Sequence record: NC_054921.1
Strand: one strand, 5' to 3'
DNA length: 64,000 nucleotides
Origin: Escherichia phage vB_EcoM_IME537
Each line of letters opens with the position of its first letter. Position 1 is the stretch's first letter. The notes under the pieces were generated by a model, which did no database searches, had not been told where the DNA came from, and worked only from the letters and a program-made list of their open reading frames with translations. The translations under genes and the position numbers were made by a program. Positions 42,496 through 52,977 of the stretch are shown piece after piece.

Positions 42496-43053
42496 TTAAA
42501 TGGAAAGATACCATCCGTTGTAGTTGCTTTTTCTTACAACCTTACGAAGGTCTTCTCTGTCACCGATGAACTTCGGAGTGTACTGGATGACACCTGGATG
42601 AATTTCTTTAGTGTTGAATATAATTATACAGTCAGCGACTTGGTGATTTAGAATGGGCCCTAGATTTATTCCAGAACCATATGGATACTCTCCGCTGCAT
42701 CCGGTTGTTACCGAAATCCAACGTGAGTCAGTTTGATGTGTCTTAACTTCTACACGAAGCCCACAGTATTTTGGATGCGCCAATACATCCCATGCATATG
42801 TGTACGGATCATCGACATCTTCTTGACCTTTGTTAACATACCCGCTCAGCCAATCTGCTACAAAAAATTCTGCGTACACAGCGATACGGCATCTTTCGAT
42901 AACTTCTGCCTTATCTTGATTTGGGTTTTGTTTTAAAGAGTATCTTGCTGTATCAGCAATTTTGGCCTTCATTTCACTAGTCAAGTCACTGTTCGATAGG
43001 GTAAATGTCGGAATCTGAAACAGTCTCTGTAACCCAGGATTCGTTTTCTGCAT
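42496..43053 (-). CDS. denB: endonuclease IV
   Basis: 185 aa, matches T4 DenB as recalled. Confidence 0.9.
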   Translation of the reverse strand: MQKTNPGLQRLFQIPTFTLSNSDLTSEMKAKIADTARYSLKQNPNQDKAEVIERCRIAVYAEFFVADWLSGYVNKGQEDVDDPYTYAWDVLAHPKYCGLRVEVKTHQTDSRWISVTTGCSGEYPYGSGINLGPILNHQVADCIIIFNTKEIHPGVIQYTPKFIGDREDLRKVVRKSNYNGWYLSI

Positions 43054-43315
43054 TTAGACTTTCCTTTTTACCACTGAGATAAGCGTTATATACTTTAAGA
43101 GTGCCGTAATAAATTCGGTCATTTTCATCTAAAGACTCGCGGTCAAGTTCATCGAGCTCCTTTTTATCCATGACTATAACATCATTACAGTAAAGAAACC
43201 CAAGTTTTTCGTGACCAAACTCAAATTTATTACAGTACACAATATTAGCGTGATGATTTCCGTGCAGTTTAATCTCTTTTATGTCGGAATCACCGATATT
43301 CATACAATAAATCAT
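42986..43315 (-). CDS. hypothetical protein, 109 aa, overlapping denB start
   Basis: ORF. Confidence 0.45.
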   Translation of the reverse strand: MIYCMNIGDSDIKEIKLHGNHHANIVYCNKFEFGHEKLGFLYCNDVIVMDKKELDELDRESLDENDRIYYGTLKVYNAYLSGKKESLNAENESWVTETVSDSDIYPIEQ

Positions 43316-43334
43316 AATTTTTCCTTAAAACAAA

Positions 43335-43348
43335 AGGGCCGAAGCCCT
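43335..43348 (-). terminator. AGGGC-UUCG-GCCCU hairpin
   Basis: stem-loop 3' of ORF 43354..43548. Confidence 0.4.
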
Positions 43349-43353
43349 TTATT

Positions 43354-43548
43354 TTACTTGAATTGTGCAATTCTTTTCTCTAGACATTCAGCATAAGATT
43401 TCATTGAGATAAACTGCGAAAGTAGCAGTTCTTGCTCAACTGCGCTAACTGTTAGAAACTTTGCGCTTTCTAAAAATTTGCTCAGTGCATTAATTTTGAG
43501 CATTAATTGATCGTATTCTTCTTTTACTCGTGCTTGATAACCTAACAT
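43354..43548 (-). CDS. hypothetical protein, 64 aa
   Basis: ORF. Confidence 0.5.
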   Translation of the reverse strand: MLGYQARVKEEYDQLMLKINALSKFLESAKFLTVSAVEQELLLSQFISMKSYAECLEKRIAQFK

Positions 43549-43580
43549 AATTTTCCTTAATGTAATAAGGGCCGAAGCCT

Positions 43581-44519
43581 TTATTTGAATTGTTCAGTAA
43601 CGTCTTCAACTACTTCGTATTGGCAGGTACGCATTTTAGCATCGTTGTAATCAATCGGAATTGATACTACATCACGCGGATGTACTTTAACTTTTACAAC
43701 TCGGCTGGTTGAACTGCCAAAGTGACGAATATAAGATTTAGAACACACATGCAGACCATGAGAACAAGTTTGTGTATCATCGTCATTCACACGAGTACGT
43801 GGCATTTTAACTACTTTACCCGGACTGTTATCAAAGGTGTTTGAGTGACAGTCAAAGTAATTGCTACGAACTACTTTCCAAGCATAGAAGTAACCATCTT
43901 CTGTAATTTCAATATCGTTTGCTACCAAGAAATCAAAGAGTCGAGATACCGCTTTTTGGCTTGGGTTTTCCAACAGATTTTCCAGGAACGGAAAATAAAA
44001 TTCAAAGTTTTCACCTTTTTCCATCGAATCAAGAATACGATCAACTAAACCAGACCGCAATTCAATATTTTGATAGAACAGGCTTCCACCTTCAATTCGA
44101 ACATCACCGGAAATATATTTTTCAACAGCGCGACGAACATTAATTTTTTGTGCCGCTTCTTCCAATTTATCTGCAACAAGCAGATTAAGAATTTCCTGGA
44201 AGTTTGAATGAGTATTAGGAGTTGCGTTATAAGTTACGCCATCAACAGTAATTGAAATGAATTTTTTAGATGCATTCCAAATAATGTCAGATTTAGCAAC
44301 TGGAGCAATAGCTACATCACTCTTAACTTCAACTGTAATGTCACCGCTAATGGTAACTTTGGAGCGCTCAACTTCTTCAGCATTTTTCAAAACACGACGG
44401 ATTGTGTCAACCGATACATCTTTCCAATAAGCCAATTCCTGTTGGGTATAATTACCGCTTGAATACAGTTTAACAATTTCAGCTTGTTCGTTTTTGGTCA
44501 GGCATTTAATATTGTACAT
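43581..44519 (-). CDS. rIIB: rIIB protector from prophage-induced early lysis
   Basis: 312 aa, matches T4 rIIB as recalled. Confidence 0.95.
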   Translation of the reverse strand: MYNIKCLTKNEQAEIVKLYSSGNYTQQELAYWKDVSVDTIRRVLKNAEEVERSKVTISGDITVEVKSDVAIAPVAKSDIIWNASKKFISITVDGVTYNATPNTHSNFQEILNLLVADKLEEAAQKINVRRAVEKYISGDVRIEGGSLFYQNIELRSGLVDRILDSMEKGENFEFYFPFLENLLENPSQKAVSRLFDFLVANDIEITEDGYFYAWKVVRSNYFDCHSNTFDNSPGKVVKMPRTRVNDDDTQTCSHGLHVCSKSYIRHFGSSTSRVVKVKVHPRDVVSIPIDYNDAKMRTCQYEVVEDVTEQFK

Positions 44520-44530
44520 AATTTTCCTTA

Positions 44531-46708
44531 TTAGGCCGCAAGGGCCTTCATAGTTTTAGCGATTTGGGAAACTTCATCATCACTTAAAGAGTTGCGATAA
44601 CCGATGAAGTCAGAAACAATACGGAATTTCTTGGTAAACTCAGCAACCATTTTATCACTGTTTTTTGAAGCATTACGTGATAATTCATCAAAGAGATTAG
44701 TTACTGTCCAGATGTCATGACCGATGGTATCTCTTCCACCATTAAAATATACACCCTGTAATGAACTAACCATATTAGCAAGTCGTGTATATTCTTCAGA
44801 AACTTCATCTACACTGAAGTACTTCATCATAAAATCTAGTTCAGGATACTTAATAATTTTATCAATATATCGTTTAGCTGAACTTGAATAACCTACATAC
44901 TTATCATAATCTACATCATCAAAAGCATCTACATATAAATCACGCAAAGTTTCAAAAATACATTGGCACTGACCAAGTTCTTTTACCTTTTTCTGCAAAA
45001 GCGGACGAATAACATAAAATTCATTAATGCCAATAAGATTAGCCATACGAATCAAAATATTCGTAGATGGATGACAAAGCGATGTAGTACCATCCATAGA
45101 GAAAATATCAGAACGATGCATGTATGCTACATAACCAGTAATTTCATCTGCTTCTGACGTAAGTGTAAACAATTCCTCTTTTTCCCAGCGCCCGTCTTTA
45201 ATTTCAAACTTAAATGCGGTGGCAGCTTTAGGACGAGGAGCTGTACTTTTTACTGCCTTTGGAATATAACTTTTAACTAAAGCTTCAATTTCTGACAAAT
45301 AATGAATGTTAACTTCATCACTTTCAAACATTGCCATAATATCAGGAAGCAAATCAATCTGCGATTCTACTTCCGGATTAATAAACAGAAGACGCTCATT
45401 GTGATGAATATTCAAAGTGTTATTAAATTCACTATCATCTAATGCACGTGCTAATCCACGGACAATATTAACACGATTTTTAATATTATCAATAACGATA
45501 TTAATTTTTGTTGTGTTAATACCAAACAGACGATAACTTGATGCAACGGCTGAAGTTTCATGACTTTGCTTAATGCGTTTTAGTCGAGGGTCAAGATTTA
45601 CTTCATACACAACCCCTGCATTGCATAACTTACTGTCAGGTTCAAACATGCTTTGCATCTTCTTATATGACAGATTTTTAGTCGTGAATTTGACCGAATT
45701 ACTAATCATATAATCTCGAGCAGAATATCCCATCTTCATCAATTCACGGTATGTATGACGAGGAGATGTAGATTCTTTAAATCGTTTTACATCTTCATTA
45801 AATGCCTTCTCACTGAGCTCTTTAACACGCTCAATAATATTTTTACGAGTACGATCATCTAGTGAAAGAGCCTCACGCGATGGAGCAATATCAAGTGAAC
45901 CCATTGGAAACTTAATGTAATTCACTTCATTACGAATGCTTAACCAGTTACGGTCTCTAATAACACCGTCTATAGGATAAACAATACCACCATAGATAGC
46001 ATATAATCCACCACGATCTGGCCAGTATCTTTCTGGATTTACGCCGTAATAATCATCAAAATCAGGAAAATAATCAATTTCGCGGTCAAGACCATTAATG
46101 ATAGCCAAATCTTTGAATGGTCGCATGATATAAGAAACTTCATAAGCAAAGTTTCTAAAGTCTTTTTCTTCAACTGGAACTACGATTTCAATACCAGTTT
46201 TATCGTCTGGACCCATTTCTTTTACGAATGTAGGTTTAATCTGCGGACCGTCACCATCCATGTAAGCTACATAACCACGAATTTCGCCTTTATGATATGA
46301 AGTGATACTAAACGTATCAGTATAACTAAACGGAGATTTAGAACCTAAACCAAATCCACCAATGAAATCATTAGATTCAGCCTTAGATGAACTGAAGTAT
46401 GAATTATACAACCCAGGAGAATTATCATCACCCTGAATATCAAAATCGCTCATACCCGGACCAAAATCTCGACAAACAAATCGCGGATCTAATCGTCCTG
46501 GAACTTGAATGATAAATTTTTCAGGATTTCCATTAAGAGCATGGGCATCAATCATGTTGGTAATCAATTCACGGACTACTGCGCGAATCTTGTTTGTATA
46601 CAAATCAGATGATAGAATTTTAAATACTTTAGGAGATGCTGTGATGCTAAATGCTTTTGATTTAGAACCATTACCAAGAATTGTTTCTTTTTCAGTGGTG
46701 ATAATCAT
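44531..46708 (-). CDS. rIIA: rIIA
   Basis: 725 aa; GHKL-type ATPase-like N-terminus. Confidence 0.95.
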   Translation of the reverse strand: MIITTEKETILGNGSKSKAFSITASPKVFKILSSDLYTNKIRAVVRELITNMIDAHALNGNPEKFIIQVPGRLDPRFVCRDFGPGMSDFDIQGDDNSPGLYNSYFSSSKAESNDFIGGFGLGSKSPFSYTDTFSITSYHKGEIRGYVAYMDGDGPQIKPTFVKEMGPDDKTGIEIVVPVEEKDFRNFAYEVSYIMRPFKDLAIINGLDREIDYFPDFDDYYGVNPERYWPDRGGLYAIYGGIVYPIDGVIRDRNWLSIRNEVNYIKFPMGSLDIAPSREALSLDDRTRKNIIERVKELSEKAFNEDVKRFKESTSPRHTYRELMKMGYSARDYMISNSVKFTTKNLSYKKMQSMFEPDSKLCNAGVVYEVNLDPRLKRIKQSHETSAVASSYRLFGINTTKINIVIDNIKNRVNIVRGLARALDDSEFNNTLNIHHNERLLFINPEVESQIDLLPDIMAMFESDEVNIHYLSEIEALVKSYIPKAVKSTAPRPKAATAFKFEIKDGRWEKEELFTLTSEADEITGYVAYMHRSDIFSMDGTTSLCHPSTNILIRMANLIGINEFYVIRPLLQKKVKELGQCQCIFETLRDLYVDAFDDVDYDKYVGYSSSAKRYIDKIIKYPELDFMMKYFSVDEVSEEYTRLANMVSSLQGVYFNGGRDTIGHDIWTVTNLFDELSRNASKNSDKMVAEFTKKFRIVSDFIGYRNSLSDDEVSQIAKTMKALAA

Positions 46709-46718
46709 AATTTCCTCA

Positions 46719-46922
46719 TTAATTCATATTGCGTTTAATAACTTCAACAACTTCTAGTAGTTCATCTTTAGTTGCGGTGTCGGATTGAATTTTATCTCTA
46801 ATATCCTTAAAGCGGTTTTTAAACTCTTCAGCTTCTCCCATATCGAAAAAGCGTTGAATGATTCTATATTCTCGATGAACTGCTTTATCAAAAAGTTCTA
46901 AATTTACTTTGTATGATTTCAT
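46719..46922 (-). CDS. hypothetical protein, 67 aa (rIIA.1 position)
   Basis: ORF. Confidence 0.6.
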   Translation of the reverse strand: MKSYKVNLELFDKAVHREYRIIQRFFDMGEAEEFKNRFKDIRDKIQSDTATKDELLEVVEVIKRNMN

Positions 46923-46944
46923 TTCAATATCCTCATTTGCTCAA

Positions 46945-46977
46945 TTAATTATACCACATCCTTGTGGTAAAGTAAAC
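46945..46977 (-). promoter_or_regulatory. T4-type early promoter upstream of rIIA.1/rIIA
   Basis: minus strand GTTTAC ... TGGTATAAT. Confidence 0.5.
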
Positions 46978-48797
46978 TACTGGCTCATCCATTCTTTACG
47001 AAGGTCAGCATTATCTCCCATGAGCATTTCAAAAAGCTCTTTCCAATTCTCAGGAAGTTTAACAACATCATATACTGGGTTTTGAATCATCTCACGATAT
47101 TCAGATTTTTCCAAAGAGCCAAGTCCCTTAATATAACGGATGCTATGTTTAGGTAGAGCATCTTTGGCACTCTCATATTCAGCGACTGTATAAAACCATT
47201 CTTGTTTTTTGCCGACCTGAGCGATGATTACAGGAGTTTTGACAAAGCGAATTCTTCCTTGTTCAAACAATTCTGGCCAATTACTAAAAAATCCGAGCAG
47301 AGAAGGATAAATGCTTCCTAGACCATCATGGTCAGCATCGGTCATAATTGCAATATTATGATAATTCAAGTTTTCGGCTTTTTCACCAAGAACTAATCCA
47401 GTGATTGCGCAAATATCAAACAGTTCTTTGTTTTTAAGCATATCAGCATATGACATACCCCAACTGTTGAGAACTTTACCACGCAATGGATAACCACCAT
47501 GAAGTTCTTTATCACGAACATCAATAAGATATCCAATAGCAGAATCACCCTCAGTCAAGAAAAGAGTAGTATCAGCATCTTTACCACAAAGATTCGCTTT
47601 AATATGTTTATGAACCTTAGCTTTAGAAGCCTTTTTAGCTGCTTTAGTTTCTGCTGCTTTTTCTGCCGCCAATTTACGAGCAAGGGCAGCTTCAATGATT
47701 GGCATTAAAATTGCTTCATTATTTAAAATAGCACGTGAAATCTTTTTAGCATCAAGCTGAATATGACTACGGATTTCACCAAATGGAGAAGTAAGTCGTT
47801 CTTTAGTTTGAGAATCAAATCGCATGTTTTTCATATCACGGACAAACATAACGATAGTCAAACATTCTTTGACACGTGCTTTAGTTACATCAATTTTGAA
47901 TTTACGTTTGATTTGTGGAATAAGGTCTTCACAAATATCATCCATAACGCAGTCAATGTGATGGCCACCATTCTTAGTATGAATGTTATTGACGTATGTT
48001 AATTGACGAAAACCATCCGGTGAACGACCAACAGCAATAGAACAATTTTCTTGTTCTTGAACGATAGCATGTTCATCATACTGTCGTGCATATTTCTTAA
48101 AATTACCCTGAACCTTTTTACCATTAAAGGTAAATTGAATATCAGGATAAACTACTGCAAGTGTCTGGAGACGATCCAGTGTAATGTCAAGATAAACTTG
48201 AGATAGCTCATTAGTTTCAAATGACATAAAATCAGGAATGAAAGTAACGCGAGTTCCTTTCCATTTTCCAGGAATAGTTTCCCACGATTTATTTTCCATG
48301 CCATTTGAACAACGAACTACAATATTATTTTGACCATCGCCGGTTTCACCGACAAACATCACAGAAAAAATATTAGTTAAACTAGAACCAACACCATTCA
48401 TACCACCAGTGACGCGTTCTTTATCATCACCGAAGTTACCACCTGCTTTTGGAATAGTCCATGCAGCAACTGGACCAGGAATTTCTTCACCGGTAGGTGT
48501 TTTAACCATCGCCTGTGGAATACCGCGACCGTTATCTTCAACTGTTACTTGATTGTTTTTAATAGTAACATTAATTTTATTTGCGAATTTAAACTTAGTA
48601 CGAATACCTTCATCTACTGAGTTATCGATAATTTCATCAATAAGCTTAACAAGACCAGGTACATACTGAACACTTTCCCATTTACCAAACAGAAAGCGCT
48701 CATGCATTTCATTAGCTGAAGAGCCAATGTACATGCCGCTACGCTTTTTGATATGTTCAATATCGCTCAGAATTTTAATTTCATTCTTAATCATCAC
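46977..48797 (-). CDS. 39: DNA topoisomerase II large subunit, unsplit T2-type gp39
   Basis: 606-aa continuous ORF with GHKL ATPase and Toprim regions; no separate gene 60. Confidence 0.93.
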   Translation of the reverse strand: MMIKNEIKILSDIEHIKKRSGMYIGSSANEMHERFLFGKWESVQYVPGLVKLIDEIIDNSVDEGIRTKFKFANKINVTIKNNQVTVEDNGRGIPQAMVKTPTGEEIPGPVAAWTIPKAGGNFGDDKERVTGGMNGVGSSLTNIFSVMFVGETGDGQNNIVVRCSNGMENKSWETIPGKWKGTRVTFIPDFMSFETNELSQVYLDITLDRLQTLAVVYPDIQFTFNGKKVQGNFKKYARQYDEHAIVQEQENCSIAVGRSPDGFRQLTYVNNIHTKNGGHHIDCVMDDICEDLIPQIKRKFKIDVTKARVKECLTIVMFVRDMKNMRFDSQTKERLTSPFGEIRSHIQLDAKKISRAILNNEAILMPIIEAALARKLAAEKAAETKAAKKASKAKVHKHIKANLCGKDADTTLFLTEGDSAIGYLIDVRDKELHGGYPLRGKVLNSWGMSYADMLKNKELFDICAITGLVLGEKAENLNYHNIAIMTDADHDGLGSIYPSLLGFFSNWPELFEQGRIRFVKTPVIIAQVGKKQEWFYTVAEYESAKDALPKHSIRYIKGLGSLEKSEYREMIQNPVYDVVKLPENWKELFEMLMGDNADLRKEWMSQ

Positions 48798-48846
48798 TTA
48801 TCCTCGTTTGGTTTCGGGAATATTATACTCCAATAATCATAAAGCT

Positions 48847-48865
48847 AAAGGCCCGAAGGCCTTTT
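48847..48865 (-). terminator. AAAGGCC-UUCG-GGCCUUU hairpin
   Basis: identical to hairpin at 3..20. Confidence 0.4.
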
Positions 48866-49124
48866 ATTTAAAACGAATAGTCGAATCCTTGAAGAATAGT
48901 CCAGAACATACTGTTCCTTCTACTTTCTGCCCAGTAGGTCCAATAGCACGAAATCCAGTATGTTGGAAATCATTTTCAGAGCAACCGAACCAATTATATC
49001 CAGTGATTTCAATATTAGTAAAACCACTTGAAGACAAAACTTTGGTTGCATTATCAGCATCAGTACATCCTACTAAAGACACTGCTAATACTAATGCTGC
49101 AATAGAACGATTAATATATTTCAT
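48864..49124 (-). CDS. predicted lipoprotein, 86 aa
   Basis: signal peptide with lipobox LVGC. Confidence 0.55.
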   Translation of the reverse strand: MKYINRSIAALVLAVSLVGCTDADNATKVLSSSGFTNIEITGYNWFGCSENDFQHTGFRAIGPTGQKVEGTVCSGLFFKDSTIRFK

Positions 49125-49126
49125 AA

Positions 49127-49303
49127 TTACCCTTTAAGCAAGTCGTAAAATCCACCATTCACATGCTTAGGAGCGGAAACTAACCGAATAGCAATCCGAT
49201 GACAATCAGGACATACATCAGTATCCCTTTCAGAAATTTTCTTGATTTTTTCGTATTCTTTTGCACAGTCTTTGGATTGACATTTATAATCATAAAGAGG
49301 CAT
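49127..49303 (-). CDS. zinc-ribbon protein (FmdB-like CxxC...CxxC), 58 aa
   Basis: MPLYDYKCQSKDC...CPDC. Confidence 0.5.
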   Translation of the reverse strand: MPLYDYKCQSKDCAKEYEKIKKISERDTDVCPDCHRIAIRLVSAPKHVNGGFYDLLKG

Positions 49304-49305
49304 AA

Positions 49306-49737
49306 TTATTCCTTAAAGTGAGCTTTCAACATCTGATACAAGGACCATGCTTGTTCATTATTTTCAATAGTAACTTTCATTACCGGGAATTCAGATGGTT
49401 CAGTTACTGGTGCAGGGTCTTCCTGCTCTTCAGCTGCCTGGTATGGATTTTCAACTTCATCAAAGAATTCAGCTTCATTCGATGAAAGCCAAATAAAATC
49501 TTCATCCAAAATATCTTTACCGGAGGATAATGCCAATCTTCCAGTAGATGTCACAATTTTAGTAGGACGACCAAGATAGTCAATATCTATAACTTTAAAA
49601 GGTTCCATACCTAAACGTCGTGCATAAATTCCGTTTTCAGTATGATATTTAATAAATTTTTCTTGAGCTTGTTTATTTTTAAATTGATACCATTTATTAA
49701 CTTCAAATTTAATAGCCATTAATAAATTTCCTTCCAA
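49306..49737 (-). CDS. goF: GoF-like protein
   Basis: 143 aa at the T4 goF position. Confidence 0.6.
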   Translation of the reverse strand: MEGNLLMAIKFEVNKWYQFKNKQAQEKFIKYHTENGIYARRLGMEPFKVIDIDYLGRPTKIVTSTGRLALSSGKDILDEDFIWLSSNEAEFFDEVENPYQAAEEQEDPAPVTEPSEFPVMKVTIENNEQAWSLYQMLKAHFKE

Positions 49738-49934
49738 TAAGTTGTGCCATTTTCAGTAATTTCACGAAATACACCATAAATTGGTTGTTTATCACCGACT
49801 TTCTCATACACATAAACAGAAGTCAAGTGAGTAAACTTGCTAGTATGTTCCTTTTGAACTACTACCAAATTTGGATCAAATAATACATCTTCAAATTCAT
49901 CATTAGTGCAATTCTGAACAATTTTACGTTTCAT
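49719..49934 (-). CDS. cef: Cef (modifier of suppressor tRNAs)
   Basis: 71 aa at the T4 cef position. Confidence 0.65.
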   Translation of the reverse strand: MKRKIVQNCTNDEFEDVLFDPNLVVVQKEHTSKFTHLTSVYVYEKVGDKQPIYGVFREITENGTTYWKEIY

Positions 49935-50106
49935 TACAATTTCCTCATTAATTGAACATTGGAGCGATGCGTTTCAGAAGAGTAGCAGCACCTTTGGCGA
50001 ATTTTTCATTTTATTCTCCAAGTTGTTTTCTGTATCAGTAGTTGATATTTGATATAGTACCATAATCAACTACTGATGTATATAGTTTTATGAAAAATTT
50101 TAAACT

Positions 50107-50604
50107 TTATGCACAGCGAGCTTTGCTATAGTGTTTAATCCAACTTTCAGGAATGACTTTGTATGTTCCTAAAAATACCGCGTTGTACAACTTAACGCCA
50201 TCTTCTACCCACTGATCGGTAATGTATGCACACATAGCACGAGTACGACGTTTTTGAACAACCCCTTCCTCATCTTCAGTAAATTCGAATTCATAAGGAG
50301 CAACGAACTTAATAGCCTGACCGAGTTTCCACTTAAAGTCTACACCTACATGCGAAGTATCAATCGTTTCAATTCCTTTAACAGGAACAGCTTTCAAAAA
50401 CGCAGACTCAAGAAATTTCGCACGAACATAGCCAAACTGAGGTTTAGACTTTCCATCTTTAGGAATGATACGCACTTTTACTTCAGAATCTTCATCTTTA
50501 ACGCCATGTTTAAGCTGAATGCTTACAATTTCGACCAATTTTCCTGCTGCTTTAGAACGGGATTTATCAGATACACGAGCAATTTCACCAATATTAATAA
50601 TCAT
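50107..50604 (-). CDS. motB: MotB-like protein
   Basis: 165 aa at the T4 motB position. Confidence 0.55.
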   Translation of the reverse strand: MIINIGEIARVSDKSRSKAAGKLVEIVSIQLKHGVKDEDSEVKVRIIPKDGKSKPQFGYVRAKFLESAFLKAVPVKGIETIDTSHVGVDFKWKLGQAIKFVAPYEFEFTEDEEGVVQKRRTRAMCAYITDQWVEDGVKLYNAVFLGTYKVIPESWIKHYSKARCA

Positions 50605-50642
50605 AGTTATCTCTCACTTGTTAAAAAGATTTTATACTCCAC

Positions 50643-50678
50643 AGGACCATTATACTCTGGTCCCAAGAGTTTGTAAAC
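50643..50678 (-). promoter_or_regulatory. T4-type early promoter
   Basis: minus strand GTTTAC-17 nt-GTATAAT. Confidence 0.5.
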
Positions 50679-50680
50679 TA

Positions 50681-51226
50681 TTAATTCAAAATAGCTACCA
50701 CTGCACTACGAGGTACTACGCTAAAATCACCTGCATGAACAACATTCAGAAGTTCAACACCATCTTCAATCCACTGGTCTGTTACCCAACCACAGATAGG
50801 ATTATCAAAAGGACGACGGATAGACACAGCAGCACACAACAGGTCTGTAGGGTCTTGCTCTTCAACTTCTTGGAACAGAATGAACTCTGCTTCATAAACC
50901 AGGATTTTCTCTATTTTGTTATTGTCTAAACGACGACCGTGGACAATATAAGATTTAGTAAACCATTTACTTTTTTCAAAGTCTTCAACGGTAAATTCGC
51001 CTTCGCCAAAAACATCAGTCAAAGTTTTATGGCCGGAAATCAAGGCATTAGTTTTAATTTCAGGTTCAACCAGTTTGTAGGTTTTGCCGATTTCAATAGC
51101 GATAGTCATAGTAGGTTCCTTAATTTCCAGTGGTTTAACAGGGCATACATAAGTGCTTACAACATCAAAATCAATCAGTTTAGCTACCGGATTTGGCGTG
51201 TATTCAGGATTATAATTAAATTTCAT
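50681..51226 (-). CDS. paralogue of the MotB-like protein, 181 aa
   Basis: shares TDQW(I/V)EDGV.L.N.V..G...V.P.S block with ORF 50107..50604. Confidence 0.55.
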   Translation of the reverse strand: MKFNYNPEYTPNPVAKLIDFDVVSTYVCPVKPLEIKEPTMTIAIEIGKTYKLVEPEIKTNALISGHKTLTDVFGEGEFTVEDFEKSKWFTKSYIVHGRRLDNNKIEKILVYEAEFILFQEVEEQDPTDLLCAAVSIRRPFDNPICGWVTDQWIEDGVELLNVVHAGDFSVVPRSAVVAILN

Positions 51227-51228
51227 AA

Positions 51229-51768
51229 TTATCTCATTTCAATAAAATCTACGAGTTCAGCATGGGATTTACGGAACATTACTTGGTGCCCGCCAATGAT
51301 AACTTCATCTTCAGGAACTTCATATACAGCGAGATAAAATCCTTTAGAAGATAATTCTTCGCGTTCTTCTCGTGTGAACCATCTCATCATATCATATTCG
51401 CTAGCGAAAGCAAAATGATAAAGAGCTATAAACCATCCTGGAATATGATATTCGACTCCAACATAATCTTTCTTGAACTTAGTATTAATTACTATATTAG
51501 CGTTTTTAACTAATAGTTTATCTTCGTGTGGTAAAGGAATTCTTTTATTATTATCGCTATGATGCATAAAATTAGGTCTATCATAACCTACGTGTAATAA
51601 CCACTCTTCGCTCCATGAATCTATTATACTCCTGTACGGCGTTATTTGAACACAAAGATTTCGACGTATTGTTATAGCATCTTCACAATTAAGAATACTA
51701 AACGATGATTCAACACGATAAATTTTCATTTTATTATCCTCAGTAGCTATGGTGTTATAATACCACAA
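51229..51768 (-). CDS. hypothetical protein, 179 aa
   Basis: ORF downstream of early promoter (GTTTAC at 51781). Confidence 0.55.
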   Translation of the reverse strand: MWYYNTIATEDNKMKIYRVESSFSILNCEDAITIRRNLCVQITPYRSIIDSWSEEWLLHVGYDRPNFMHHSDNNKRIPLPHEDKLLVKNANIVINTKFKKDYVGVEYHIPGWFIALYHFAFASEYDMMRWFTREEREELSSKGFYLAVYEVPEDEVIIGGHQVMFRKSHAELVDFIEMR

Positions 51769-51792
51769 CTAACCGAGGAAGTAAACAACTTT

Positions 51793-52476
51793 TTATCGTT
51801 TTGTTGGAAGAGATAGAGGATCGCAATCTTCCTCTGATGGAGCATCTTCAAGACCCATAGCGTATCGCAAAGCATACTTCATCATCAGGATGTCTTTCGC
51901 ACAGTCATGAATAGAATTATGCGCAACAAATCCATCTAAAGTTCCCTTTGGAAGGGGACACGTTGTCATATCACGAACAAGCAGAAGTGCTTCAATTCTG
52001 GTACGAATATCACGCTGATTCCAAAATTTACATGGTTCTAACTTAAATGTGTCAAGCTCATTCTCAGATACACCATTAAGGCGTTGAATATCACGAATGA
52101 GATCGACTAAAATTGGAAAATCAAACGACATTCCACGGCACCAGCCTTGAGATTTCCAAGGATCGATATTGTGTGCATTGATGTAATCATTAAATTTTGC
52201 AATACCATCGATAGTGCTTACATCTTCATCTGATGGTGCAATATTTTTTCTAGCTTCAGGAGATTGATTCTTCCACCATTCGATAGTGCTTTTAGTAAAA
52301 AGACGATGTCCTTTTTGGCTTTTTAAATCAAATTTGATTTTAATGCCACGTGAAACTAATTCATCGAATGTTTCAACGACTTCTGGATTAGGGTCAAAAG
52401 CAATTACAGCCAAATCAATAACAGCTGCTTTTTCACCACTTCCCATTGTTTCAAAATCTATAATAAAATCAAACAT
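51793..52476 (-). CDS. dexA: exonuclease A
   Basis: 227 aa, matches T4 DexA as recalled. Confidence 0.9.
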   Translation of the reverse strand: MFDFIIDFETMGSGEKAAVIDLAVIAFDPNPEVVETFDELVSRGIKIKFDLKSQKGHRLFTKSTIEWWKNQSPEARKNIAPSDEDVSTIDGIAKFNDYINAHNIDPWKSQGWCRGMSFDFPILVDLIRDIQRLNGVSENELDTFKLEPCKFWNQRDIRTRIEALLLVRDMTTCPLPKGTLDGFVAHNSIHDCAKDILMMKYALRYAMGLEDAPSEEDCDPLSLPTKR

Positions 52477-52733
52477 TAAATTTTCCTTGCTAAATCGCGA
52501 ATTTGACCTACAGTATAGTCTTGAATATAAACTTTATTAATGGGCTCATCAATAAATTTTGCCACAGATTCAATGTCTTTTTGTATCTCTTCAAGACTGT
52601 ATACTATCTTTGAAGCTTTTTCGCGAATAGTAATATTTTCAGGACCTGGATTTTCTTCAATGACATCTTTAACACTTGTCATAAGAGATTTAAACTGCCA
52701 CCAACTTAATTCAATCATTAATAATCGCCTCAT
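52476..52733 (-). CDS. hypothetical protein, 85 aa
   Basis: ORF. Confidence 0.5.
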   Translation of the reverse strand: MRRLLMIELSWWQFKSLMTSVKDVIEENPGPENITIREKASKIVYSLEEIQKDIESVAKFIDEPINKVYIQDYTVGQIRDLARKI

Positions 52734-52971
52734 AAAGATAGCTAATTTCGCCTAAAACGTAATCATTGATTGTAACAGTTTTCACTTCACCGCAAAAGAA
52801 TTCTAACGCAATTAAATCTCGTTCAATTTCTTCTAATTGAAGCCTCAACTTACTAGATTCTATTTTTACAGTTTCACGATTTTTGCTATAAGCAATTTCA
52901 TAAATTTCGCTTACTTTATCTTGAAGAAGATAAAACTGATCTTTAGTTATTTCCACGAATAGCTTCCTCAA
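52711..52971 (-). CDS. hypothetical protein, 86 aa
   Basis: ORF. Confidence 0.5.
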   Translation of the reverse strand: MRKLFVEITKDQFYLLQDKVSEIYEIAYSKNRETVKIESSKLRLQLEEIERDLIALEFFCGEVKTVTINDYVLGEISYLYEAIIND

Positions 52972-52977
52972 ATTTAA

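Noticed and set aside
42422-42514. N-terminal extension of track ORF 42158..42514
   Set aside because: The extension is a translation of the early promoter sequence; the real start is more likely the ATG at 42421 after GGAGG.
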